Of a DNA stretch of 63,942 bases, positions 24,781 to 37,476 are shown piece after piece; position 1 is the first letter of the stretch, and each line of letters begins with the position of its first letter. The translations under genes and the position numbers were made by a program. The notes under the pieces are model-generated. The model saw nothing but the letters and a program-made list of their open reading frames with translations, made no database searches and had not been told where the DNA came from. Origin of the DNA: Octopus bimaculoides (Eukaryota); NCBI RefSeq assembly GCF_001194135.2, contig NC_068993.1:13349827-13413768 (forward strand), given 5' to 3'.

Positions 24781-25298
24781 TTAACCACCATTGGAACCAA
24801 TCACATTAAACTTCGATTCATTGCTCAAATGAACTTGTGACCACTTTTCTTCTGTCCAAACGACTTGTTCGTGAGCGAAACGAAGACGGGGGTCTTTGGT
24901 TCTTTTTGGAGATCAGAGGTTTCTCTCCTGGTGCTCGAGCAAGTAACCCAGAACCGCGTAACCTCCGAGGAACTGTTACATGCGCGATACATTGACATCG
25001 GATGTGGTGCTAAGTTGGCGGGATACCTCAGCAGCACTCTTGAACCCATCTTTCAGTGACATCCTAACCATAATACGATCCTGTCTTCGTGAAGTTTTAC
25101 GAGGTCTACCGGTTTTGGATATAGCATCTGTCGATCCTAATGGCTTAATGACTTAAAACGATTTGCAATTCGTTGCACAACACTTATAGACCTTCCTACA
25201 GTAGTTGCTATCACAGAATTTGACTTGCCCTCTTGGAGAAGACACACAATCCTTTGGTTTTCATCACAGGGTACCGGTCGTCTCTCACAAGCCGCCAT
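24781..25298 (-). pseudogene. Tc1 transposase pseudogene: paired-like HTH region and start of the DDE domain
   Basis: With three frameshifts it reads RIVCLLQEGKSNSVIATTVGRSISVVQRIANRFK / KTGRPRKTSRRQDRIMVRMSLKDGFKSAAEVSRQL / TVPRRLRGSGLLARAPGEKPLISKKNQ / RLRFAHEQVVWTEEKWSQVHLSNESKFNVIGSNG. The GRPR hook and WxxVxxSDESKF are Tc1 hallmarks; the first catalytic D is N here. Confidence 0.92.
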
Positions 25299-25627
25299 GT
25301 TGACAGTTGAATGTTCCAATAATGTGAGATTATAAGACGTAACTGTTAGCCTATTAACAGTCTTCTAAACAACAAATACTTCGGTTAGTAGTTCATTTTT
25401 TTTCTAAGTGACCCGTAAATTTTGGCCGCTGCAATTTGGAAGATTGTTTGTTTATTTCCTCATAACTTACGAAATATTTATTCCATTCACTTGGCTTTTC
25501 CCGAACGATTGATATTCGGTATGTCTAAATATGTCTAAAATACCTAGTCTCAACGTGTGGTTAATCTTCTATAATAACTATTTCAATACATTTGTTCTTA
25601 CTGACCTTTATATTATGGCCGATACTG
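24781..25627 (-). mobile_element. Tc1-family DNA transposon relic, 3'-truncated, one terminal end visible
   Basis: Tc1-like terminus TA|CAGTATCGGCCATAA at 25629-25613 (minus) upstream of a frameshifted transposase; no matching second end found. Confidence 0.85.
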
Positions 25628-26482
25628 TATAAAGCCGTCAGAACTACTTCTTTACCTCCTTCAGTTGAAAACTTTAAAGACGCCCTGAGTTTAAATCTGT
25701 TAACGCTCTTGTTATTATTAATAGTTTAAATCCTTCAGATACAATTATGGAACATCATAAAAAAAAAAATTTAAAAAAAAGGTATCATCTTATTGATATA
25801 TTTCAAAGAATTTCACTTTTGAAATGATACTTGTTCTGTTTTTGCAGGCACCATTACTACTGCACGTTAGGTGTAATATGAAGTTTTTATTGAAAATGTA
25901 ACATTTACAGCTTTTACAGGCTATTTCAAACTAAAATTCCCTTAAGCAGGACTGAAACTGGGTCAAAAATTTTAATATATATAGATATTTAAAGAAAAAT
26001 GATTGAAGGCTTTGAAAGATTCAATAGTGTATTTTCAAAGTTCAAAATGTTTCTATTACATCTTCAAAGAAGGCTAGAAGGCATTTTTTATATCTTCCTA
26101 CACATTTATTATTATTATTATTTATTTTTTTTTTTTTGCTCAGTTCTTTATCTTGAACTCATTAAAACCACTCTGAGCGTTACACCCTTGCAGAAATGCA
26201 CAATATTTCTGCTCCGACAGAAAAAAAAAAAAACAAAGGAAAAAGAAGAAAAATTATAGATGAGATAAAAACACATTTCAATACAAAAAGCATTGTGACT
26301 GAATCGACAATTGTTAAACTGTGGCAGCATTTACTTTTTACTAAATGTTTCCCGAAAATTGCACTTTACCACACTCGTATACTCTTATGTTTAACAGAAC
26401 GGAATAAAATCAAATAAATTTGTATCTGATTTTTTTTCCTCTTAGTATTCCCTTTCCTCCGGTTCAATACAATGCACTTTAC

Positions 26483-26513
<31 letters not shown>

Positions 26514-27200
26514 CGATATCTTCTTATTTTTATTCAAATTCTCAAACAGAAGCATTCCACAAATAACTCAATTTCGTTTTCTTTTTTTTTCCTTTTTTTT
26601 TATATCCCAAAGCTATTGCAGCAAATTCCTGTGCAGTAAATATTATTTACCAAATGGACCCTTCGTGTATAATGAATATTTCTTTTGGTGTATATATTGA
26701 AAACAGTCCCTAGGTTTTAATATTTCCTGACAATAAAATTGCCATAACATTAGTGCGTAACTTTCTTACACAAGTACAAGTCGTTTGGATATTACACCGC
26801 TAGTATAATAATAAAAAAAAATAAAAAAAGTAATAAAGGAGAGAAAATGATAAAACCCTCCCTATTCCACTCGCATGCACCTGCTGCCTTCAGCAATGCG
26901 TAATCCTATATGTTGATCGCTGCAGCTTATTTCGCATTTTCTACAACTGACGTAAGTTCCTCAGATGTTCAGTCTCATATTTTCGTAGGAAAGTGTAATG
27001 TTGTGGCAGACATCTTTGTAAAGACAGTGCAGTAGCCTAAAGAAAGGACTGAGACTATAAACTTGACAGGTGCAAATGTAACATTCGATCAAATCTGTTC
27101 ATTACATATTATATACAAAAAAAAAACTTATAGTCTTAACTATGAGTTATATAGAGCTTAAAATGAATAAGGAACGAAGCCAATACATTCTTTTCAAATA

Positions 27201-27405
27201 TTAGTACAAGGCCAGCAATTTCAGAGCAAAGGTTATGTCGATTACCTCAACCCCAGTATTCAACTGCTACTTATTTTACCGACCCTGAATGGACAAAAAG
27301 GCAGAGTCCACCTCGGCGGAATTTAAACTCAGAAATGTGAAACCGGAAGATATAGCGCTAAGCATTTTAATCGTTCTGCCAACGATTCTGCCAACTCACC
27401 GACTT
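27201..27405 (-). mobile_element. SINE family B, near full length
   Basis: CACCTCGGCGGAATTTAAACTCAGAA and AACGATTCTGCCAACTCACCG; tail type GCTGGCCTTGTAC. Confidence 0.88.
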
Positions 27406-27965
27406 CCGAGGCTAATATATTAATAAATAATTAAATACGCAGCGCGGAATGAAAATTAGTCACATAATCCCACACACATACAAATAACCCAACACACTTT
27501 CCCAAATCTAGATAGCCATATTCTATAACCTTTAACATCATTAATATTCCCTACACTAATATATTTCGTCATCATCATTGTAGTCGCTATCTTCATTGGC
27601 GAGACTATGTAACCACTACTACTATCACAGCATTAAAGTTTCTCAGCGACATAAACTATGTGAAAAGTTGCTGGGTTGAAGTTAAACCCATTGTATGGGC
27701 TAAGCATAAACTTGTCCTTGAACACCTATATCTCAACAGTTCACAACAGGAGCCATTTAGTTGTGTAATTTCCTCGTGTGCTCTGACTGATTGCTACTTA
27801 ATCAGAACAACATGAAATACATACACAAACAGACTGAACAGCATAGATAAAGCAAAATAGCCATACTGTCACACCTCATCAATGAGAGGAACCAGCAGAC
27901 AGAATGAACTTCTTGTTAGAAATGGTTGTCAAAGCTAGCATTTAATAGACATAGTATATCTAGAC

Positions 27966-28141
27966 CAGTCCTTCACGTGCGATACACTTATATACTTTTC
28001 AAAATTCGGCGACACACCTGAACTAAATATATTACTAAAAGTATAGGGAAAAAAAACTCTACATTCAGGTTACACTGCAGCACGCCTAGCACCGTCTTGT
28101 GGCACACCAGTGTGCCGCGGCATGCCGGTTGCGGAATACTG
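27966..28141. mobile_element. hAT-type (Charlie/Buster-like) MITE, 176 bp
   Basis: Ends CAGT...ACTG flanked by an identical 8-bp TSD ATCTAGAC (27958-27965, 28142-28149), matching the nTCTAGAn target preference; subterminal GGCACACCAGTGTGCCGCGGCA motif. Confidence 0.85.
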
Positions 28142-28899
28142 ATCTAGACCATTGATTCTGGAACCGTCTTACACATCGGAGCGACAACACACACGCTTCA
28201 CATGTCGACAGGCAAAACTACTCAAGTAATTTACTGATATAAAGTCTATCAGTCTCAGCACCAATATTCATGAATGATTACATTGACTTCAACAATACTT
28301 GACCTGAACCAAAAACGTAAACAGATATAACTAAGCACCGCAACCAGAGCTCTATTATCCACAACTGTAACGACAATAATAAATGAACACGAGCTTTAGT
28401 CTTCTGACCTCCGTATGTTTCCTGAGACGATGGACATGCATCTGGATACAACAATCATCCATTCATGCTAATTCCTCCCGTGCGCAAGGGATAGTCTACC
28501 TCTCGGTTCTCCCAACCTTTGGCTTATGACAGTCTTTCTTTCTTTCTTTGACTCATTTCGACATCGCCGATTCTGAGATAGAAAATACCAAGCTAGATGT
28601 ACCTCAAGCAAGTATAACCTATTAATTAGCATGTATGATTCTTTCACTAAGTGATGTGGGTGCCAATGTTGTCGCGAACAAGATGTAGACGATTTATTGT
28701 TCCTGTGTCGCTTTCATCCATCCTGACATCGGAAGTATAACAGACTTCTTCTCATTTCCAGTTAAGTATGGAAGAGCAACATGAAATGAAGCGTATTACT
28801 AAGGGACACGACACGATTACGACACCTCTTTCTGCAACATCAGTGATTTTTAAAGGATAGGGAAATGGCCGATACGATGACACGCTAATGATCTTACAG

Positions 28900-28950
28900 G
28901 TGTTACCGTCCGTACGGAAAAAGAAGAAAACCCGCAAGAGACACTGCACG
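28900..28950 (+). CDS. Candidate 51-nt internal exon (GVTVRTEKEENPQETLH in phase 1)
   Basis: ctaatgatcttacag|GTGTT...GCACG|gtaacg. Multiple of 3, all three frames open, locally CpG-rich. Splice sites only moderate. Confidence 0.25.
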
Positions 28951-30375
28951 GTAACGCGTCTGATTTATCAATTCCACCATTTCATCGTCCTGGATTGGTA
29001 GCTTATTTATCTACACTGAATAGAAAGGTGAAACAAAGTTTTCCTAGAGCGTGTATGAACTCAGACTGCAGAGTAGGCAAAGCAAATACTGCAAAGGATT
29101 TTTCTCTGAGATGCTTCAACAAATCGCGGCAATCGAGCAATGACATTACAACTATCACAATCTCACCGCCATGTTCTCGTTGTTCCCTACTGTCACTCAC
29201 TACACCATCCACTGCCAATAATGCAGCAAATTCCTCCACTCTGTTCACCTCCACCACGAGCTGCAACAACACCACCACAACAAGCCGTAACTAAAATACA
29301 AGAATATATTAAAAAGCAATTTGGATATCATTTTCTAGAATCGTATCATAAATAATGTATGTATGCGATAACATTCAAGCTCATGCGATATTTTATAGGA
29401 TTTTTATGTTTTAATTTTCCATAATTTTCTATTTTTGCATTTATTTATCTATTTGTATTATTTTTGGTACAATTGGACCCCAGGGAGAGAGGCAAAAGTC
29501 TCCTTGGTTAGCAATTAGTAAACTAATGAGGTTTATAACAACACTAATTGCACCACTAAAGTATATGATTTCTTCGTATTTTTTTATTATTTCCGCTACA
29601 TTTTTCCTCTTTCGCTGTTGATAATACCTTATTTTTATTTCACATTTTGTTTTAGTGTTGTAGATAGCAAAATATTAGCTGGAACAGAACCTATATATAT
29701 TTGCATATATACATCTATATATATATTCACGTACACACATATATTAATTGTATGTATATATATATATATAGATAGATAGATATGACCATATACGCATATA
29801 TATATATATATTTGTATGAGATTTATCTGTGCGTTTGTATGTACGTGTGTGTACCTTTATATGATATGAATATGTGATTGTACTGAGGTATACACACATA
29901 CATGCATACATATATATATGTGTGTATGTATTAAATTGCCATTTCTATTATGGCCCATAACGTCCATGAAAATTGTAGAGTAATAAAACATAAAATATAT
30001 GGAGTTCCATCCCTCCCATCACGACCACTAAAAAAAAGTCAAAACAAAAAAAACAGTCATACTCTAAGAGGAATACATTTTTAGTTTTGCTCATTTATTT
30101 CAGTTTTTCCTCCCGCCCCACTCCGTTTCTGACTTTTTTATTTTTCTTTCTTAACATCATTATGGCCTAACTTCTTTGTGGAAGTGGCGGGGAAAAAAGT
30201 ACTGCATTTTGCGAATTTGATCTATTTCTTCCCCATTTTTTTTTTTTGCTTTTCTTTTTCGGTGGATAACGTATATTTAAAATATCGACTAAAAACAAAA
30301 TATAGACGTTCACTACGCTATATATGTATGTGCACGCTTGCGTTTGTATATATATATATATATAATGTGCGTAAA

Positions 30376-30424
<49 letters not shown>

Positions 30425-30886
30425 GTATATATATATTTATGTATGTATGTATAGATAGATAGATATGTGAATACATATATACTTACACATTTATATACAG
30501 AGAAAGAGAGAGAGAATGAGTGAAAGGAACAGAATAATTGAGGTGTGTATATGTGTGTGTATCGCAGTGTGTCTGTTTTTGTTTCAATGCGTGTTTGTGT
30601 GTGTATTGCCAAGTCAAAACTACTCAGGTGATCCACTACGAAACAAATATAATAAAATACGATATTGAAATGGATCAGATTAACTAACTCAGAGATGTTT
30701 TAGATGCGCAAAAGAAAAGGAAATTTGGCAAATGTTGATGACTGGCATAGAGTATTCTAACAGCTGAGTATTTCGTTAGTTTAACTGACACGTTTAATAG
30801 TAAAATTAGATATGTGTTAAAACTTCGGTACAATATATATATATATATATATATATACGGATTTATACATATGTATTATATATATA

Positions 30887-31082
30887 NNNNNNNNNNNNNN
30901 NNNNNNNNNNNNNNNNNNNNNNNNNNNNNNNNNNNNNNNNNNNNNNNNNNNNNNNNNNNNNNNNNNNNNNNNNNNNNNNNNNNNNNNNNNNNNNNNNNNN
31001 NNNNNNNNNNNNNNNNNNNNNNNNNNNNNNNNNNNNNNNNNNNNNNNNNNNNNNNNNNNNNNNNNNNNNNNNNNNNNNNNNN
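30887..31082. other. Assembly gap (N run)
   Basis: N run between (TA)n and (GA)n. Confidence 0.99.
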
Positions 31083-31098
31083 AGAGAGAGAGAGAGAC

Positions 31099-31129
<31 letters not shown>

Positions 31130-31954
31130 CAATTATATATGTATGTCAGTATATATATATATATTTATGTATGTGTATGGGGGTATGTATATATATATAT
31201 ATATATATATATGATAGCACACACACACACACATTCATGTATGTTTGTGTGTGTTTGTATGCATATGCACACACACACGAGAGAGAGAGAGAGAGACAGA
31301 GGGCAAAGGCAAAAGAAAAAGTGAGGAACAAATTTCTTTTCTGAGTCATCGTTTTGTTGAAGTTCGTTTGATATTTTTCTATGCTGGATGTGCATATAAC
31401 GATGCAGTTATAAACGACACATTCTTTCAGTAGATGAGATTAAATAATAACTCGGCTTCATTTGCTAGTTATTATCAGCTCACCAGAAGTGCTTATATCA
31501 CCTGATCTACATCGAAAGACTGCAGCTCAAGAATGATATTGCAAACGATAATGAATAACAGGCATTTCTTCTGCACATTTGCATACTATTAACATTTCTG
31601 GTTGCATTGTAATAACTAAATGCAGTGATGCAATGTGTTATTGGATACGTACATTTAAGCATTATTCCTGTTGATTAGCGGGCGCCACGATCTGAACATT
31701 CTTTGCTTTTTCACACCTTCGACGTCATCTGTTCTGAAATTGATAATCCAGCTATAGTTGCCGCTCATAAGCGAGTATGACCTGGTAATATGTACCGTGT
31801 TTTTTCTAATTTGTTTAGGTTCCTTTCGTTGTCACGGGTAAAACATGGACCACATCCTGTCCATCCCGTTGTTTGCCGTATCAGAAAATCGAGAATAAAT
31901 GGCTGTGCGATTACCAGACAGTTTCACATTTACAATTGAGAATACAAAGATACG

Positions 31955-32065
31955 AGGGCAACGTGAAATAAAGAGACTTGCTCAAGGAAACCTCATTTCA
32001 TTCTATATAGAAATGGATCCTTCGACGTTATGCTCATGGTATCAGCACATTAATCGTTCGGTCCT
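31955..32065 (-). mobile_element. SINE family D fragment, diverged
   Basis: CAACGTGAAATAAAGAGACTTGCTCAAGG is the reverse complement of the family D core. Confidence 0.6.
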
Positions 32066-33107
32066 GTTCCTTCAAAGTAGTTATCAATGAAACTGAGAGG
32101 AGAGAGAGAGAGAGAGAGAAAGAGAAAGAGAAAGCGTCTGAGAGGGGAGAAATTCTTTCAAAGAAGGTTTCACTATCGTTACGTTAGTACACGTGCAAAG
32201 CACTGAGATCGAAAGCTTCTGAAAAGAGAGACGAATTTTTCAAAGAAGGTTTCACCTTCATTACGTTAACATTAAAATTGTCGTTACTAGATTTCGGAAG
32301 GTTTATACTCGTGCAAATCATAGCAATCTGTTATAACGATTTAGTAGGTAGAATCTAATTCGTATCGAATATTTAATTCTAATTACTTATTTGCTCAGCA
32401 AAACCACTTACTAAGGATGCGTAACTATTCAATGCATTTGTGTATGGTCTTTAGCGGCAAAATCCTTATTTCCGGACAGTACTGATATCTTTCAATGGAT
32501 TTTGGCTCTTGGTATAAGAGCTTACGAACTATGGATCACTAAAAAGCTACTTTAAGTACAGTGTCATTGTCCTTTGTTAGCAGAGAAAATGGATTAAATG
32601 ACATTGCAAGTTCAAACTTAGAACGAAAAGGCTGGAGAGGAAACTATTTGTAGTGGTGTCCATACAACTATTTTCATCGTCAATAAGGAAAATTATTATG
32701 GTATCTTTGATAAATGATCACTCATCCTTGCTCGCGCATGCGTGTGTATGTGTGAGTGAGTGAGAACCTGTGCAGTGCATGTGTATACCATTGTATATAT
32801 TTGTATCATAGTGTCTGTTTGTACGTCTGTACTTGTGTGCGTGTTTGTTTAAGTGAAGATACACAAAAAACAACTTTAGCTATCTTTCTAGCATTATAGT
32901 TACTCATACTCCAGAAACTTTTAGGCAATATATGCACTCGTGAACAATAACAATTTAATACAAATATACAAACTCATTTTCTATCTCCCCTCCTCTCCCT
33001 CAGCGCACGTTTTTCTCTTGATTCTTTCAACCAATTGTATGCATAAAGATGAATTCCTTGCACTCCAGTATTTTCTGCATTCTTTCAGCTTATGGAATTT
33101 TGTGACT

Positions 33108-33285
33108 ATCTGTCTATCTATCTATCTACCTACCTACCTACCTACCTACATACTTACCTATCTATCTACATACCTTCCTATCTGTCTATCTACATATCTA
33201 TCTATCTATCTACATATCTATCTATCTACATATCTATCTATCTATCTATCTACATATCTATCTATCTATCTATCTACCTATCAGT
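33108..33285. repeat. Compound (CTAT)n/(CTAC)n tetranucleotide array
   Basis: Seen directly; yields STYLSIYL repeats in the ORF track. Confidence 0.95.
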
Positions 33286-34204
33286 GCTGGTATTTCTATA
33301 CCAACATGCATATATCCCCAACTACGTTCTTCCTGCCTATCGCTGTTTCCTCCAATCTCCCAACTAATTTCTCTCCCTGATCTGTTACTCTTTCTACACA
33401 TATACACCCTCTTTCTCTCTCTGTCTCCAACTGCTCCATTCCAATTTTTTGTCAGCATGGAATACTTCCGTTCTTTTTCATGTCAAGTTTAAATGTTACA
33501 TAATCGATAACTCTGGCTCTCAGTATAAGATGCCGTTAGCTTTGGATGTCTATTGATTTAGGTAATCTATCATAGATGTTTCGTGACATCTTCAAACCAA
33601 AATAGCCTGAATTGCTTTATATATGTATGTATGTATGTGTGTGTGTGTGTGTGTGTGTGTAATGGAGAAAAAAAAATCAATTATTGAATAAATATAACTA
33701 ATAAAAAATAAAAGGATAAAAAAAAATAATTTTTGGAAATCATATACATCTATAAATTACGTTAAAAATAAATCTTATGAAGTAGGTAAGACTTAAATAA
33801 ATATATATGATATTTACAGAATACACAACTTTCCAAAGCAAAAGCGAAAAAAATATTAAAATATGACAAGACATTCGACATTCTTTATTAAACAAGAAAT
33901 ACTAAAGATACAGAAGTCCTTGCCATGAGGACATGATTCCTGTACATGCATATATATATATATATGCTTGTGTTATATTGCCTTCTATACATTTAGCATT
34001 GATTGAGTATTGATGCATGTATACATACATACATACGTACATACATGCATACATACATGTGTGTATGCGTGGATGGGTGGGGGTGTAATCATTTAGATGA
34101 AAGAAATTTAACATGCAGGATGTAAAAATAATAAAAAGTAGAAAATGTAAATTAAAGATGCAAAGATATTTTCGCGTTCGATAATTTAAAGTATTCCATT
34201 CAAG

Positions 34205-34360
34205 TACAATATTACTACTACTAACAATCCTCCTCCTCCTACTACTACTAATGATAATAATAATACACTACTACTACTGTTGCTGCTGTTGATATTACTA
34301 CTACTACTACTACTACTACTACTATTACTACTACTATTACTACTACTACTACTACTAGCA
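34205..34360. repeat. (TAC)n-dominated trinucleotide array
   Basis: Seen directly. Confidence 0.93.
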
Positions 34361-34364
34361 TTAG

Positions 34365-34820
34365 TAAGACGTCGTACTAATAGAATCGTTACCGCGCGGA
34401 GCAAAATGCTTAGCGGCGTTTTGTCGGTCTTCATGTTCTAAGTTCAAATTCCGTTGGGGGTCGACTTTGCTTTTCATCCTTCAGGGGTCGATAAAATACA
34501 AACCATTTGAGCACTGGAGTTGATGTCATCAACCATCTCCCTTCCACGAAATTGCTGGCTTTGTGCCAAAATTATTATTAATAGAAGTAATAGTAGCATC
34601 AACAGCTTATTGGTGTTATTTCCAAGATTTTAGCTTGATATAATCGTAAGAACATCGTTAGAGCGACAGGTATGCTGTCCTGTACTACTTGTTCCCAAAC
34701 GTTAAATTTAAATTCCACCGAGGTCAACTTTGTGTTTTATCCTTTCGATGTTTGCAATTCAGTTTTAGATACGATGGTATTTACTAAACAACTCCTTTCA
34801 GAATTGCTGGCCTTGTGTCT
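34365..34820 (+). mobile_element. Two SINE family B copies (about 34365-34571 and 34650-34820)
   Basis: AGAATCGTTACC...AAATGCTTAGCGG...GTTCTAAGTTCAAATTCC...GAAATTGCTGGCTTTGTGCC, followed by a more diverged second copy. Confidence 0.8.
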
Positions 34821-36062
34821 AGGTTAGATATCGTTGAAAGGCTTGAGTGTCACTCTCAGCATTTATATTTGCAACTACATTATAAAACTAGCTCGATTTC
34901 TTTTGATATATTAGAGTATGATATGAAAGAGATTAGCTGCTATTTTTAGCATATGGAAGATCCATGTAATTGTTTCTGCTCCCGTTTATCTTCAAGTCAT
35001 TCTTCATTCAATACACGCGTGACCAAAATCATCCCTAAATTGATCATCTCGTCTTTTGCAATATCTCGGGTTGTAATCACCGCTGTTCTTTCAGCTTTTG
35101 GAAAGTCGTATGTGATTTGGAGGCAATACACTGCTCTTTTTGAAAGTCTCGCAAAGTAGGGCCTCCCTCCTTCATTGGTTAGCAGTGGTTGTGGTCGTGG
35201 TGGTTCAGGTCATCCTGTACTTTCCTATGTCTAGGATTATATTCACCACTATGTTTTGTCATTTTTTTGGTACTATCTAGTGATATTTAGAGAAATTTAG
35301 CTGCTATTTCTTGAAGACTCATTAAAGGCATACGGCTTTTTTACTTCACAGAATAACAAGGCTAGTTTTAGAGGTATAGCCATCTTTCTGGAAGCCAGAA
35401 TTGTTTGATGGTGAATGCGGATGATGAATCTGGTCATAATTCTAAATGATGTTAGAGTTATTCTTGAGGAAAATATTCCAAAGCATTCGGTATGTGGAAA
35501 TGCTACCAAATATTCAAAATGGCAGAAATAATGTTGGTAGTATTGGAGGGAGCGGTGGTTGTGGTAGGAGAGTTCGTGGCAGTGATTATGATAGCGGTGG
35601 CAGTGGGGGTGGTGGTCGCTGTGGTATTTTGGGTAAAATAAAAAGAGAGAGAGAGAGGAAAAGAGAGTTGGCTGATTCTTGGTCGTGGGAAGGGATTTAG
35701 TAAATGTTGAAGGGGTTGACAGCATAATGCATGGAATGTTTCGGGTACAGAGAAAATTATAGAGATGTGAGATGCGAAAGGATAGAAGGGGTAAAAGAGG
35801 GGGAGTGAGGTGTGAAGTGGTGTTGGTGGTGACTGATATTATGAGGAGAGAAACAACAACTGCTGAGGTTTGAACTGTAAAATGAGAATAAAACGTTATG
35901 TTAACCCTTTCTGACGTCAGTTTCCACATGACAAAATTGTCGCAGACATGGCACGAACCACGACAGATAACTACTTCGTTTTTCCAAAATACCATAATAA
36001 ATTTTACGACTAAATATCTTACACATTCTGACGCAAAATTCTCAAAAATGTTGTGAACTCAA

Positions 36063-36109
<47 letters not shown>

Positions 36110-36314
36110 CATCTATCTAGCTATATATTTGTCAATACACTCACACTCACAGAACTACTGGAGATTCTTAAATGCATAGAACCAAATGACAAACTAATAC
36201 CTTACTGTATTACATTAAAAATGCCTGAGCCATAAGTTCAAATCACATTCGTGGTTGCAGTAACTTTAAACATACTGAGGTGGACAATTACCTACTTAAT
36301 TACTTAGACTGATA

Positions 36315-36528
36315 AAGGCAGCGAGCTGGCAGAATCATTACCACGCCGGGCTAAATGCTTACCAGCTTTTCTTCCATCTAGGTGTTCTGAGTTCAATCTC
36401 CACCGAGATCGATTTTGTTTTCCATCACATCGATTTCAATAAATTAAGTACCAGTTAAACACTGGGATCGATGTAATCGACTTACTCTTTCCACCGAAGT
36501 TGCTGGCCTTGTGCCAAAACTTGAAACC
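36315..36528 (+). mobile_element. SINE family B, full length
   Basis: AAGGCAGCGAGCTGGCAGAATC head to GTTGCTGGCCTTGTGCCAAAACTTGAAACC tail. Confidence 0.9.
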
Positions 36529-37119
36529 AATTACTTTGATACGACAGAGGTCCTCTGAATGAAACGAATAAAATTGTATATTTATATATATATATAATGT
36601 ATGTATGAACACACAAACTTTGGCTTACTCCTCTCAGAGAGATGTCTAAATAATGACTAAGTGTCTTCCACTCACAGCTGTTGGAGTGCCGTTTTACTCT
36701 ACTGAGGTTATCCGCCCTTTGACAAGTTGTATTTTGGGGAGGCATGGTAGGTTTGCTGGCATAGTCACTGACGGCCGAAACATGTAATGTCTATCATCAT
36801 TTAAAAATTTGTACAGCATATGCATTGCTGGTTTTGTAACGTGTTTATTCATATCTTTATAACGTGCTGCATTTTTCCGACTGACCTTCACCGATTAAAG
36901 CAAAAGACGCAATAAAACTATTCGGTGATCGAATGACGGCTTATATTTTCGTGGGTAATAAAGCTCGCTGAACACCTGCTACGAGAGGTACCCGTCATTA
37001 ACACAACCCGTATAAACAAGCATTGATCCTTAGGAATACTGGGAGGAATAACTGCGTGGCTCATATTTTAGAGAATAATCAAGTGACGTCCTGTCTTCAA
37101 ATCGAGTTGGAACCAACTC

Positions 37120-37282
37120 GATCTCTCTCTCTCTCTCTCTCTCTCTCGATCTCTCTCTCTCTATATCTCTCGATCTCTCTCTCTATATATATATATATCT
37201 CTCTCTCTCGATCTCGAGATCTCGATCTCGATCTCGAGATCTCGATCTCGATCTCGCTCTCTCTCTCTCTATATATATATAG
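37120..37282. repeat. Compound (CT)n/(TA)n/(GATCTC)n array
   Basis: Seen directly; includes the 20-bp unit ATCTCGAGATCTCGATCTCG twice (37211-37250). Confidence 0.93.
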
Positions 37283-37476
37283 ACATGTTTCCGTTTGCAA
37301 GTTTATGTTTCACTTACATATGTCTTCCCCACCACCCCTTTCTTAATGTATATACAACAGGCGACAACGAATAGTAAACAATACACATTCAAACGTAATT
37401 ACTTACTGAATTTTATCTCTTCTTGTATATCTCCTATTGGTTTTTAACGTCTATTATTTTGTCATTTTGTTTACAG

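Noticed and set aside
28654-28725. CGCQCCREQDVDDLLFLCRF, like a LINE C-terminal zinc-binding motif
   Set aside because: Too short, and no RT or endonuclease motifs recognised nearby.
35297-35995. 232-aa minus-strand ORF
   Set aside because: Largely the complement of GT/GA-rich low-complexity sequence; no recognisable domain or splice support.
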